The notes under the pieces are model-generated. The model worked only from the letters and a program-made list of their open reading frames with translations, made no database searches and was not told where the DNA came from. Positions 25,801-36,400 of a stretch of DNA of 64,000 bases are shown here, in pieces. The stretch's first letter is position 1. Each line of letters begins with the position of its first letter. Both the position numbers and the translations under genes were made by a program. The stretch comes from Lytechinus pictus (lineage: Eukaryota), in assembly GCF_037042905.1 (NCBI RefSeq), contig NC_087263.1, positions 14,818,001-14,882,000 of the forward strand, given 5' to 3'.

Positions 25801-27842
25801 TACATGGCTGCATGTTAATTGAACATACCCTGCCCATGTGCTTTCTTTGAGCTGGTGGCAAAGGATTCTGCAAGAAAGGGTATGGAAGAGTTGCATATGA
25901 CCAGCCCAAAACCAACACTAAGTCGCCAGGGAAGGTTCTCTGTACAAAGCCAAGACAGTAATTTTGTCTTCAAAAAGCTTATTTGAAAGAGTAATCCTTC
26001 TTCATACTTTCAAAATTTCATGTTGTAAAGTTGATACAAGACTTTCTTTGACACAAGTTTTTGTGGACTGCTTGGAATTTTCATTGAGATTGCACAGTGT
26101 GCACAAAAATAAACTTTTCTTTTGACTTCGGAACCATGATCGGAATCAGGCATTGGTTGCTGTGTGGTCGGCGATGTGGCCATCATCATCGTCATCCACG
26201 TCCTCTGCTCGTTCAAAGTCTAACACAGTTGTTTAATGTCATTTCTCTTTTGATATAGGCAACAAGCTTGGGATCATCATTGGCTGTGTCGTCGGTGGGT
26301 TGGTCGTCATCGTCATAATCGTCATCCTCATTGTCGTCTGCACATCAAAGTCTAAGAAAGTTGGTTCTACAGACAAGGAGATGGGTATACAGCTTACGCA
26401 TGGAGGGACAAATGGCAGTGGAAATGAGGTCTGTTACCATTTTATTTTTAATAGCCTAGAGGTGTACGTTGTGGCTCAGTGGATAACTCTCCAGACTTTG
26501 AACCGCAAGGTCCGGGGTTCGAATCCCTCCGCAGCATTTGCGTCCTTTGACGCATTTATCTACATTTGCCACTCTCCAACCAGGTGTAGTAAATGGGTAC
26601 CCAGTAGGAAGGAATTCCTTGAATGCTTCAGTGTCCGATCAGGGTAGCCATGTTAAAGCTGGGGTAACAGTATGCAACGCTTGCATTTGTGTTAAGCGCT
26701 ATATAAATGTTGCATATTGTTATTATTATTGTTAAGATTTGGTAAATCACCCATGAATGCATGTTGCAGATGATGAATAATGGGCCCCGTCTTACATTTA
26801 AGAGTTACGATTGATCCAATCAACCTCAACTATCATTTAGGAAATTTGCACAATGTCCCGAACTAAGAGAAGCAAATTGAATTGTCAAGAAAACAGTGAA
26901 TGTATGAATATACATCGTATCGAACTAACATGCATTTTATATGATATTGCTGGCTTTCCATAGTTGTGGTTGATTGGATAAATCGTAACGCTTTGTAAGA
27001 CGGGGCCATGGGATCTAAGAAGATCTAGATCCATCAATAGATCATTAGGTCAATGGGTATTCGTAATGCATTATACTGGTGCAATATGTAATTATCCTTC
27101 AGTGCCCGGCATCACCACTAAAGAAATTACTTAAGTGCATTATTTGTTTTATAAATTGCCTTCACCAAATGATTCAATTCAATTTAATTTATTTTCCACA
27201 TATTGAGTAAAAATGCATACAATATCAGTACAATCAAATACATACATAGATAATTACAATACAAGTATAAATAGTTACAATATATCACATAAAAAAAAAC
27301 ATAGGAAAATCAAAATGTGGAGGGGAATGACAAAGGCCATATTGATCTATCAAGGTCAATCCCCATTGAAATTGATGATGATGATAATATTGCTGTATCA
27401 CCTTTTCCCTCACAACTTATTCATGCATGTTTAGAGTTGCAAAGAATTTGAAATTTCGCTGTCAGAAAGTTTGACGATGAAGAAGCATTACATTTTTACA
27501 GAAGTTGAAGAATATCCTTCATTCCGTTTCGATGGTAATGCAGTTTCCAACACATGGAAAAATCATGTCCTGCCCATATTCACACCAAGACAAGTGTGTG
27601 AGCCAATTTTCTTGAGAATTGGTTAAAACTGATGAAGTAGTTGAACCGCAGAACCAATTTAACCATTTATTTATTAAAAAATATAATAATATTAATAACT
27701 ACAATTATGTCCCAATGTCGTTATTTTGATTGAAAGTGTGCATGAGAAATTGTTAATTTCATCCTTTTCCCTCCTGTTTCTTTTTATGCAGCATGCCTAC
27801 GACAACCCACAGAAATCTGGTCCTCCTCCATTATCCATGTGA
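217..27842 (+). CDS. REJ-domain, GAIN/GPS, single-pass transmembrane receptor (suREJ / PKD1-like family), 5'-partial, 16 coding exons, ~895 aa visible
   Basis: Hand-spliced exons 217-409, 4155-4324, 5951-6198, 6748-6948, 9480-9624, 9905-9988, 13520-13668, 16017-16196, 18308-18428, 19534-19761, 21472-21619, 22318-22500, 24162-24331, 25342-25590, 26259-26428, 27792-27842. All are AG/GT bounded with matching phases and give one open frame (2690 nt). REJ motif LDGSLSYDPD...YLWTC, GPS CAFWD..W..G..C..SHLSVFAV, one hydrophobic helix, short tail. Confidence 0.9.
505..2945. repeat. 52-bp minisatellite, ~46 copies, intronic
   Basis: unit aaggtgacattgcactgtggaagggcatctagggtgaaacaagggtgcttgt with degenerate edges. 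Confidence 0.97.
3297..4031. mobile_element. non-autonomous TIR element (MITE) with a ~300 bp AT-rich insertion at ~3388-3690
   Basis: TIR gggg..cagtcaaa..tattgctgtacac / gtgtacagcaatatatttgactgcccc; same family inverted at 19890-20322 without the insert. Confidence 0.75.
4155..4324 (+). CDS. REJ-family gene exon 2 (FVLKTKVTFYADC...YQWTV...YTFT)
   Basis: cttatag acceptor, G|gtgagt donor, phases 2/1. Confidence 0.88.
5951..6198 (+). CDS. REJ-family gene exon 3 (REJ hallmark VSLDGSLSYDPD...LTYLWTCVQ)
   Basis: REJ-module motif, CAG|gtaaat donor, phases 1/0. Confidence 0.93.
6748..6948 (+). CDS. REJ-family gene exon 4 (GADQLC...GETYTLTLEVSSGSR...GTPPP)
   Basis: ttttcag acceptor, gtatgt donor, REJ-like beta-rich sequence. 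Confidence 0.9.
8950..9171 (-). mobile_element. tRNA-derived SINE
   Basis: tRNA-like head tggagcattgtggcccagtgg...gggttctaatccc, core cccaggtgaggtaaatgggtacc shared with other copies. Confidence 0.85.
9480..9624 (+). CDS. REJ-family gene exon 5 (VTLAIPVFRF...FWRLLVDD)
   Basis: atacag acceptor, G|gtaata donor, phases 0/1. Confidence 0.82.
9905..9988 (+). CDS. REJ-family gene exon 6 (DEDVGYEFDTGILVERSFGIIQRSEIAA)
   Basis: tttttcag acceptor, CAG|gtaata donor, 84 nt, phases 1/1; missed by the ORF track. Confidence 0.8.
9946..12175. repeat. 104-bp tandem array, ~21 copies, derived from the exon 6 3' end and donor site
   Basis: unit aaggtcaaaggttgtttgggatacttgagagatcagagatagctgcaggtaattatcattgacaatgtgaaaagaattctgcttgtagcatataaaaaataatt. 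Confidence 0.96.
12530..12871 (-). mobile_element. tRNA-derived SINE (second subfamily)
   Basis: head tggaagcgccgtggtgtagcgg...gtgttcgaatccc, core cccaggtgttaaatgggtacc, tail gcgctatatgaat. Confidence 0.8.
13120..13312 (+). mobile_element. 5'-truncated SINE
   Basis: core cccaggtgaggtgaatgggtacc and (tat)n tail. Confidence 0.75.
13520..13668 (+). CDS. REJ-family gene exon 7 (GDLDPGQLYNVQVEV...DYTELDE)
   Basis: ttgacag acceptor, GAG|gtatag donor. Confidence 0.88.
13865..14360. mobile_element. Penelope-like element fragment (inverted pLTR arrangement) with a hammerhead ribozyme core
   Basis: 13865-13995 is the reverse complement of ~14190-14360; CTGAAGA-stem-GAAACGTC at 14025-14057; related fragment at 24970-25200. 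Confidence 0.6.
14463..14934. mobile_element. MITE (Harbinger-like)
   Basis: TIR ggtggttttaaaccgcctcga / tcgaggcggtctgaaaccacc. Confidence 0.8.
16017..16196 (+). CDS. REJ-family gene exon 8 (VSFTVDNC...DYPLTYQLFY...FFAK)
   Basis: REJ motif DxPLxYxF; AAG|gtatgg donor. Confidence 0.88.
16916..17074. mobile_element. small MITE nested in the Helentron-like element, CTG target duplication
   Basis: TIR gggagtgtttcat / atgaaacactccc flanked by CTG on both sides. Confidence 0.85.
17667..18111. mobile_element. MITE nested in the Helentron-like element (family also at ~21640-22050, ~40900-41335, ~50058-50280)
   Basis: TIR gccagttcgtagtt / aactacgaactggtc; shared internal sequence between copies. Confidence 0.8.
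18308..18428 (+). CDS. REJ-family gene exon 9 (VCNQAQSCYTTGEVTLTV...DAEINK)
   Basis: tttacag acceptor, G|gtaaat donor, phases 0/1 match the neighbouring exons. Confidence 0.82.
18467..18764. mobile_element. hAT-like MITE
   Basis: ends cagtggcggatccagg / cctggatccggccctg; 8-bp TSD atattgat/atactgat. Confidence 0.8.
19225..19502 (+). mobile_element. tRNA-derived SINE
   Basis: head tggagcggtgtggcccagtggattagtctc; same family as 8950-9171. Confidence 0.82.
19534..19761 (+). CDS. REJ-family gene exon 10 (GDILSALRNL...SRKRRQ...PTEDL)
   Basis: actctag acceptor, gtaagt donor, phases 1/1. Confidence 0.88.
19890..20322. mobile_element. MITE, same family as 3297-4031, opposite orientation
   Basis: TIR ggggcagtcaaatatattgctgta / tacagcaatatatttgactgcccc. 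Confidence 0.8.
20782..21363. mobile_element. Kolobok-like MITE with TTAA target duplication
   Basis: TTAA|agggatggtccgggctgaaa ... tttcagcccgtaccatccct|TTAA, long TIRs. Confidence 0.88.
21472..21619 (+). CDS. REJ-family gene exon 11 (TTFVVLLKDLV...SILNLVR)
   Basis: strong polypyrimidine tract plus ctgcag, AG|gtagga donor, phases 1/2. Confidence 0.85.
22318..22500 (+). CDS. REJ-family gene exon 12 (ELVVGMTLS...DFGTELAER)
   Basis: ttgacag acceptor, gtaaga donor, phases 2/2. Confidence 0.85.
22620..22890. repeat. degenerate (GAT/GGT)n microsatellite
   Basis: directly visible. Confidence 0.9.
23032..24090 (-). mobile_element. Helentron/HINE-like element, inverted copy of 16545-18160
   Basis: same termini in reverse and the same tgacctttgacct-containing internal repeats. 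Confidence 0.78.
24162..24331 (+). CDS. REJ-family gene exon 13 (YTLWTCGDGTGDC...SILEITFYD), GAIN region
   Basis: gcacag acceptor, gtaagt donor, phases 2/1. Confidence 0.88.
25342..25590 (+). CDS. REJ-family gene exon 14 containing the GPS motif (CAFWDNTTNQWSRTGV...ECRTSHL/SVFAVF)
   Basis: GPS consensus with H-L-S cleavage triad; ctgcag acceptor, gtaagc donor. Confidence 0.93.
26259..26428 (+). CDS. REJ-family gene exon 15, transmembrane helix (LGIIIGCVVGGLVVIVIIVILIVVC) plus basic stop-transfer KSKK
   Basis: ~25 hydrophobic residues followed by basic residues; atatag acceptor, GAG|gtctgt donor. Confidence 0.9.
26459..26732 (+). mobile_element. tRNA-derived SINE
   Basis: A box tggctcagtgg, B box ggttcgaatcc, core aaatgggtaccc, (tat)n tail. 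Confidence 0.82.
26783..27007. mobile_element. MITE
   Basis: TIR ggccccgtcttaca / tgtaagacggggcc, ATG duplication. Confidence 0.75.
27792..27842 (+). CDS. REJ-family gene last coding exon (HAYDNPQKSGPPPLSM*)
   Basis: long polypyrimidine tract plus gcag, phase 0, TGA at 27840-27842, followed by AT-rich UTR-like sequence. Confidence 0.78.
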   Translation, partial: HAYDNPQKSGPPPLSM

Positions 27843-28535
27843 AATAGACCGCATTAACCATCCAGCAACCCTTTTCTTTCAACAAAGAGGGCGCCTTGTC
27901 TGCAGTAAAGTTGTCTTTCATTGTAAATGTCTTTCAAAAAGTTGCTTAGTGTACTGAATTGTAGTGTCTTCAAAGATGGTTTTTATTTAATAGTAAATAT
28001 TTTTTATCAAATTTACTACAAATTAACATTAATATTTGTGTCTTAAGTTATTTTTTGATGTGTCTCTTTAATTAAACACAAGATATTTGGCAGTTTATAT
28101 TGTATAAAATTTTATATATGTGATATGACTTAGTTTGATTTGATTAGATTTTTTTTTCTTCTGCATTCATGTATATAACATTGGTATACAATACAATTTT
28201 CATTACATAACAAACATAATATATCGGTAATTGATTTAGGTATGAGTCATAAAGAAAAAAATACAAAATAGAAAAGTCATTCTAAACAAATATGATCTAC
28301 AACCAACAAAGAAAATTTAACATTTAGAGTTTGCAGGAGGATTGTCATTTTAAGCAAATTGCTTGAAAAAAATGACAACCCCGGAATAAAACTCATTAAA
28401 TTATTACATACATTTATAAAGCAGAATGGAAATGTTATTTTGTTCATAATTTTATAATGATGAAGATGGAGATGAATGAGGATGATGGTGATAATGGTGA
28501 AAATGAAGGCGAAGTTGTGATGTTGGTTACAGTTC

Positions 28536-29430
28536 CTATTATATCCTACATAAATTAAATCCTGTATAGTGATTGGTTCAAATTGCATCATGTGACCAAA
28601 TATATTCCAGCTATGATGTTGCATGACGTCATTATTTAAGAAAACTGGACATTTAGCTCATCTCTCGGGTGCGCCGGTCAGTGAGCTGTCTTTCCCAGGC
28701 AAGCCCCTTGATGCATCGGCGCAGGCACTAATTTGTGTTCCGCTGAGCGTTGTGGCTTCGGGAAAAGTAGGTCATTTAGCGCAAATAACTGGACTCTGCA
28801 AGCTCTGTGCATAGATTTTGGTTCTAATTTATTTAAAGTGGGATATATAAAACAAATATATCAAGCATTTCCTTTCAAAGTGTGTAATGGGAATTATTTT
28901 CGGTTTGACTGGCAAAATAACTATTTTCACCTCTCGGGAGGAATAGTAACTGCCAGACCAACCTATGATGAATAATTCCCTTTATATCCTACATAAATTA
29001 AATCCTGTATGCTGATTGGTTTCAATAGCATCATGTGACCAAACATATTCTCACTATTTTGCGATGATGTCGAAAATGAAACGCCCACCGAAGAAAATGT
29101 GCTATTCCGTGACGTCAATGATGGAATAGTGGACTATTCCATCATTGACGTCACAGATCATGATGGCACAAGCACTAATACGCGTTCCGCACACTGAGCG
29201 CGTAGCTAAGCATTTCAGGAAAAGTAGGTCAGTCGGCGCAACTGGTTTGGTTCAGCTTGAAAAAAAAGGATGAACTAAAAGTACAAGAACTAGCTTATCA
29301 ATGCTCTAACTTATTAAAGTAGGATATAAAACAAATATACCAGACCTTTATTTCGAAAGTATAGAGGGAATTATTCATCCTCGGTTGTATAGTAATGCCA
29401 GTCCAACCTCGGATGAATAATTCCCGCTAT
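28536..29430. mobile_element. two adjacent related ~445-bp repeat elements in the putative 3'UTR
   Basis: tatatcctacataaattaaatcctgtat start at ~28540 and ~28983, matching internal and terminal blocks. Confidence 0.65.
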
Positions 29431-30862
29431 ACTTACTCAAAGCCTAATATTTTTATACTATACTTTCTCAAAGCCTAATATATTTGTACATAGTTTACCT
29501 TGTAATCACCCCATGACACTGAAATCCTAATTATTTGCTCCTCCCAATTTTTTGAAGGAATTATTTTGAGTGACATAATTTTAGATGAAGAAGGAAATGC
29601 AAACTAAACCATTTTCAGATGTTATGTATATATATATATATATGCCCTGTCTTTGATGAAATTATGATTCTTCCTCTGGCTGCTTTTTTTCATTAGATTT
29701 GCCATTTGAAATATTACATCTTGAATTTCCTAATCGCTTTACAGTTGCTTTCACAAAGTTGGTGTCAAAATATGCATGAGACTTTGATAGTTTTGAAAAA
29801 AAAAAGAAATAACATATCAAGATATGGCATTTACATGGCCCTTTTTTATATCATATATTCAGTAGTGTGGAGAAAAATATGTGAGGTGCCACACATGACA
29901 TGTGGGAGAAAAAATTTGACCTTTTTAGTAAAAAATCTTATTTTTTGATTGATTGTGATGCAATATTAATCCCTTTTCCTTTCCTCCTATGCCGGTGTAT
30001 ATATTGTAGATTTGTCTAATGTACTGAAATATAGTCTATATTTTACTATCTATTTTTAGTGATTGCTGCTGTGTTAAATAGTGTAAATATTCAGTTTTCA
30101 CAAAGTGAACATAGTTTTTTTTTAAGTACATGTACCTCAAGAGATGTATTTTTTTTACTTGTCAAAATGATATTCAATTCACACCCTTTCTCTTGCTTTC
30201 AGTGTATAATTTACAATCTAAACAATGTAGAATTTGCCCCTTATCATCAAAGAAAAGAAAATTGCACCAAATATAGGCCAGTGAGGGGGGGGGAAAGAGT
30301 TGATAAAATCAACTCGAGAGACTTTCCCTTTTGTAGAAAGTCATTTTAATTTTGCATCATAAGAACTATGAGATGTTTTGCATTGGCCTTTTATAATTTG
30401 TTTATTTCTAAAAGACATGTGTAAACATTCAGAAAAAATGTAAGAATGAAAACATAAATCCAAATATTGCCAATTTGAATGAACACTGATCAAATATAGC
30501 TTTAAATATTTTTTTTTCTTTAATCTTTATTAAATAGTATAGATCTTACCAAATATTTGTTTATAAATACCATTTCCATCATAAAATTCTACTTATTTAT
30601 TTTTTATATTTAAATGATAAAGATAGCCTTATCATGGTTTAATTTAATTTGCTGTATTAGATTGAGTGATACGACTAAAGTTTATGAAATGATGTAATAT
30701 TTTAATACAGGAATATGTTTCAAAAGTTTATATTTCAAAGTAAGATGAAAATACTGGATGATAAAATCAGCTAGAAAATGAATATGATTCTGATTGCTAG
30801 GTGTTCACAGTGTGTTTTCTTTTTGATATCATCATCAGCTGTTTTTTTTATATGTTTCTTGT

Positions 30863-30868
30863 AATAAA
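30863..30868 (+). terminator. candidate polyadenylation signal of the REJ-family gene (~3 kb 3'UTR)
   Basis: AATAAA followed by a TG/T-rich tract where the AT-rich UTR-like composition ends. Confidence 0.35.
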
Positions 30869-31447
30869 TGCAAGTAGAAATTAATTTTAATTATTGTGTT
30901 TCTTATATTGATTAGGATGATAAAAGGGGGGGGGGAGAGGGGGACAGAAAAGGGGTGAGAGGGATATACAGGGAATAGAAAGGCAAGAGTTAGGGAAAAT
31001 AAATTAACGGAAAGGGAGAGATAAAGAGAAGGGAATGGTATGAGATGGGAGAAAATAAAAGGAGCAAGATAAACAAAAGGAGGGCAAGAGTTAGGGAAAA
31101 TAAATTGATGGAAAATTAGAATTAAATAGGAACGGGGGTGAAAGAGGGATGGGAAGGTTAAAGGGGGAGGGTATGTGGAGATAGGAGAGAATAAAAGGAG
31201 AGAGAGGGGAGTTATTAAACGGGCAGTCAGAAGCGGATGGAATTAAAAATGAGGATGTGAGAGGTTTCAAAAGTTCGTTGAATGGGTCTCCAATGAATTC
31301 CCCTAGCTGCCAACTGCTCAAAGGGAAAGTTCACCGTGACAATAAGTTGGCTGTATGCCACAATAAAAGCGCAAAATTTAAGAGAAAAATATTTGTGAAA
31401 GGGTTGGTGAAAAAAGTGTCAATGAATTCCCCTAGCTGCCAACTGCT

Positions 31448-32019
31448 CAAAGGGAAAGTTCACCGTGACAATAAGTTGGCTGTATGCCACAATAAAAGCG
31501 CAAAATTTAAGAGAAAAATATTTGTGAAAGGGTTGGTGAAAAAAGTGTCAAACAACAATGGAGTTATGAATTCTAAACTTTTTATTTTGTGACGTCACAG
31601 ACGACCATAGAAGCCCCTCCCCACGCCGTGTGACAAATTAAAAATGCGATTTTCTCAGAACTCTGAATGTAATTTCATTTTTGCGGCGGATATATCATTA
31701 TACATGTAGATAAATATTTTCATTCTTTCTATATTCAAAATATTTCATATTTATCATGTTCCATTAGAAAATTTCACATCCCCTTCTTTAAGATATTTTT
31801 ATTTTTCATGTTCCATTAGAAAATTGTAATTTTTGAAGAAAAAAATATTACGCGATATATGGGGAAGTTTGCTCGCATGTGCCGTCAAAAATCAGAAGAT
31901 TGTGAAATTTATATTTGTTATTCTTCAATGGATTTTCATCAAACCTTCACATAAATTTTCCTAGATTTGTTCTTCCTTTATTCAAACCAACTTATCGTCA
32001 GGGAGAACTTCCCTTTTAA
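31448..32019. mobile_element. Kolobok-like MITE with its left end duplicated
   Basis: aaagggaaagttc..tgacaataagttgg / ccaacttatcgtca..gaacttcccttttaa. Confidence 0.7.
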
Positions 32020-32084
32020 ACTGACCATCTGAATAAAACGAATGAGATGAAGGAAGGGGTATGAGAGATAGGGAAAGAAATCAG

Positions 32085-32255
32085 GTGGATGTTTCATAAA
32101 GCTGTTCGTAAGTTAAGAGCGACTTTAAGAACGACTGGTGATCCTTTCTTGTGGTAAATGGTATATACTTTGGTCATGGTTTAGCGCGTAAGAAAGGTTC
32201 ACCAGTCGTTCTTAAAGTTGCTCTTATCTTACGAACAGCTTTATGAAACGGCCCA
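32085..32255. mobile_element. fold-back MITE, CAG target duplication
   Basis: ~60-bp TIRs gtttcataaagctgttcgtaag..ctttaagaacgactggtga and its reverse complement. Confidence 0.85.
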
Positions 32256-32271
32256 CAGGTAGACTACTCAT

Positions 32272-32526
32272 CAGTGGTGTACCTAGGATTTTCCACAGGG
32301 GGGCAAAACCGTCCGCCAAAAAATTTGACAAGCAAAAAAAAAAAAAAAGGTCTTCAATCACAAATGAAGGATTTCGTAAAAGAAAAAAATTGAGCTTCAA
32401 GCTCGTCAGGGGAGCAATAAAGGTCTTCAAGCTCGTCAGGGGGGGGGCAAAAAGGTCTTTCAAGCTCGTCAGGGGGGCTGGGATACGTCCTTTGCATGGG
32501 TTGTGGCTCGTCAGGGTACGCTAGTG
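32272..32526. mobile_element. hAT-like MITE
   Basis: perfect 8-bp TSD ctactcat on both sides; internal aagctcgtcagg repeats. Confidence 0.85.
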
Positions 32527-32984
32527 CTACTCATTCGTCTATTGCCATCTCGTCAACGCAATACATGGTCTACCTTCTCTTAGTCTAATGCCATTCTGTC
32601 CATCAACATTTCGCCTAACAGACATTTGGTCCTATATAACAATGTGTTGCACTCAACCCAGGTGAGGTGAATGGGTACCCGATAGGAAGAAATGCTAGTA
32701 GGCAGCACGGCTGTATCGCCGCCGGGGTTACTAGCAGCGCTCAAAAAGCGCTTAAACAATCCATCTATCATCATTAATATTATTATTATGACCCTTGGAA
32801 GCGGGGATGAAGCATCCTATAAGTTTTTCTTTTTTATGTGGGTGCAGCGTATGGTTATACATCATACGCTGTTAAAATGTTGAAATTCGAGCCAAATCTT
32901 CTTCGTATGGGAGCAAAAAATCCTCTATGTTTTGTTTTCTTGTTTTCGGTTCTTTGTCCTTTTTTCTGTCTTTCTTTATTCATT

Positions 32985-33478
32985 TCTTTATTTATTTATT
33001 TAAAAACAGGGAAGCCCATTCAACAATGTGTTGGTCTCCCATGGGGCCCTGTGACAATGTACATAGCATAACATAACAATTATAACAATTCATTTACATA
33101 GCAACATCATAAGAGAGGCATAAATAAATAAATTAGTAAGTACATATGAAGGAAATAAGGAAACATACAATTGACAATAAAAGTACAATTACTTAAAAAA
33201 GCAGATGACGTGAAAGTAATAAGACGTGTATATTGTTACAATTACAATTAGCCAAAATCTGTAAAATTAAGAAAGTAAGCTGAAGATGTGAGTCGAACAA
33301 AAGAATCAAAATAGAGGGCCGAATGTTAATTACGTAAGTTAATGAGGTACAGCTTGAAAAGAAGAATGCTTATGGGTCATGATTAGCTAATGCTAAATGC
33401 TTCTTCAAATGAAATTTAAATGATGCAAGGCTAATTTGAGATCTTATTTCCGTTGGTAGGTTATTATATAGGTATTTC
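32985..33478 (-). mobile_element. 3' fragment of an L2/CR1-like LINE
   Basis: minus-strand YNNLPTEIRSQISLASFKFHLKKHL followed by an (aata)n tail. Confidence 0.55.
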
Positions 33479-36400
33479 CTAGCTTGTCATTGTTTTTCCG
33501 AAATCGCCTTTAGTTTGAAGTTGAACCCCCTTTTTCTTGCTTGCCTAAATTGTTTTCTGACCCAAATCACCTTAATTCAGCGCCCCTTCTTTAAAAATTG
33601 TTCCCAGGTCTCTGTGTCTGCCTGTGGATTGTTTGATTATGGCTTCGAACTTTCATTTCAATGTCAACGATATCAAACAATGAGCACCCTTTGATATTTG
33701 ATCATGATATTAGAATATGTGATTAAGAAGATATATATATTTTTCCTCGTTGTTCCCATCGCCTAACAAAGATTTTATAGAGATATACACCGGTTCGAAC
33801 TAGATACACCGCTCATTGATATAGCAGGAGAGACTCTGCAGGGGCGTAGCTACGGGGGGGGGGGGGCAGGGGGCACGTGCTCCTGAAAAAAAAAATTGGC
33901 GGAGCAAAACAAAAGGGGGAGAAAGAAAAAAATAAGGGGAAAGATAAAAAGGAACAAAAAGAAGAGGAAAACTAGTGAATAACACAAGATGAGGGGAAGA
34001 CTTGCAAAAAAAAAATCTTTCATGTCACTATATAAAGTTTTCGCTCGCGCTTTGCGCTCGCATAGCCTGTTTGACGATTCATATCTTGCTAAAAGGCTGA
34101 TATGGAGCTTAAGATATCAAGTTTTGAAATCAATATACAAAACATATTTCAGCTCGAACATCGAGCTTTCAATATTTTTTAATTTGCAAATAGATTTTTC
34201 AAAATGCTCTGTAAAATGTAACAAGCTATATAATAAGCTACTTAAAATCCCCTTTTCATAACAGTTTATAAAAAAAAATCGGCTCGCGATTTGCACTCGC
34301 ATTAATTGTTAAAATGTATCAACCCATGCGTCCTGTTCATAATTACAAAATACTTAAAATGTCAAGTTTTCAAGCCTTGATATCAACAAATTTAGCATAT
34401 AAGATTAATGAACAAGAAAACCTGATTGGATCTGATCATTATCGCTACAGAGAGCTCCCCACTTGCGAAAAAAAAATCACAATTTAACGATAACAGTAAT
34501 TTTCTTCTTCGGTTGTTGTCATTGTTTCTCCGAAATCACCTTTGTTTTGGAGTAAAACCTTTTTATTTCCTTGTCTAAAGATTTTTCTGACCCAAATCAC
34601 CTTCATTCAACACCCCTCTTTAAAATCATTCCCAGGTCTCTGCGTCTGCCTGTGATTTGTTTGAACATGGCTTTGAACTTTCATTTCAATGTCAACGATA
34701 TCAAACAATGAACACCCTTTGATCTTTGATCATATGATCTTAGACTTTGTGATTGAGAAGATATATGTTTCCTCATTATTCCCACCGCCTAAGAAAGATT
34801 TTATAGAGATATACACCGGTTCGAACTTGATACATCGCTCATAGAAGGAGAGACTCTGTGAGGTACAACCTAGGTCTTGGGTGAGTAATTCAATTTTTGA
34901 TCAAAAATTATGAAGGCATTCGACCCGTTTTATGAAAATCAATGTGGTTGATTACTGTTTATTTCAATAATTGCATTCGTATGTTTAGGCCGTAATAACT
35001 TCATTCAACCAATTAACGTGGATCCAACTACATGTCCAGTGTCTGCTCACATTTTATGTTGCCTCAGGGACGAAATAATAGCAAGGGGCAAGGGGCGGGG
35101 ATATCCTTGGGGCAATGGGGGATCCAGGGGGCACAGCCGGCATGTGCCCCTCCCCTTTGAGAGGCACAATAAAAATTTGTAATAACATGTAAAATTGCCG
35201 TTAAAAATGGACGACATGGACGGAATGTCTTTAATTTTGGGTTGAAAACCTTTTTTGTTCTTGTCAAATTTTTCCTCGGGAAAATGTGCCCCCCCCCCCT
35301 TTGGAAAATCCTGGATCCGACCCTGTCCTGGGGTAAGAGAGTGGGCTCATCCCCCGCGTTTTGAAGCACAGTGACTAAAAAGGTGTCCCTTTTACTAAAA
35401 AAAAATCCATTACAAACGTGTTCGGTGCCTCTTTCGTCTTTACAAGGACCCGTGCTATGTTTTCAATTCTCATATCAGATAAGTTAAGTTGCCCTTCTTA
35501 TAAAACCGTGCTTTTCATTCCGGATCAGCGCACATTTTCCTTATTTAGCGTTCTGTTCCCTTCTGCAAGCGCATCTTTTAATTGATTAATCTTTTCAAAA
35601 TATGTAGATATTTAGATATTTTATTAGCTCTGGACGTCAATCCCCTTCAGTGGTATATGAGAGTACGACACATGTATAGCAGTACAATATGAAAACTATA
35701 TTTATACATATTTACAAAACATGAAATATAATAGGGCTTACTCGTGTGCTTCGCCCCCTTCAGCTCCTTTTTTTCATCTATTCCTCTTCTGTAGTGTGCC
35801 CCCTTTCACCTCTGATCAAGTGCCCCATTTGAATATGCCCTTACTTACTTCTGATAAACACGCCTTGTGCTTTTCACTTTGTTCAAAAATTTTGTCTGTT
35901 AATTTAAGGTAATGGAAATAAGCGACATTTCTTTTCTGACGGGGCAGCGGAACAAGGGAAGGGGCACCTCCCCCCCAAAAAAAAATCAATAGGAAAAAAA
36001 CGTTCTTTTTTCAAAATGAAATATGCCTTGTGGGGTGAAGCATTTTAAATCAGCGCATTTTGGTCCTGAAATTGATTCTCTTATTTTCTTTTCTATTTTT
36101 TATAATTTCATATTGTGAAAATTAAATTTCCTTCTTTGTTTTCATTCCCTCCCCCTCCCCTCTAGGGTCATGTATACAGAACAAGACTTAATTGGATGAA
36201 TTTTGTTCAACGATTATTTTATGCCTACCTCTGATCTTACAGTGCCCTCGAGGAGGCAAAAATGGTCCCTCTCCATCTTTTTCTGTGATAATATGGTCCT
36301 ATGATTATGGTCTCTTTAAGCGAAAATAAAAGTGTCTTGAATTTTTCCGCAAAATCACCTCTTCAACAAAGAAAACTATTTTAAGGGGAAAACGATTATA

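Noticed and set aside
26465-26540. tRNA-like sequences here and at ~9100-9170, 12800-12870, 19225-19295, 48310-48379, 48800-48870
   Set aside because: Each continues into a shared SINE body and tail and lacks a proper acceptor stem, so they are SINE heads rather than tRNA genes.
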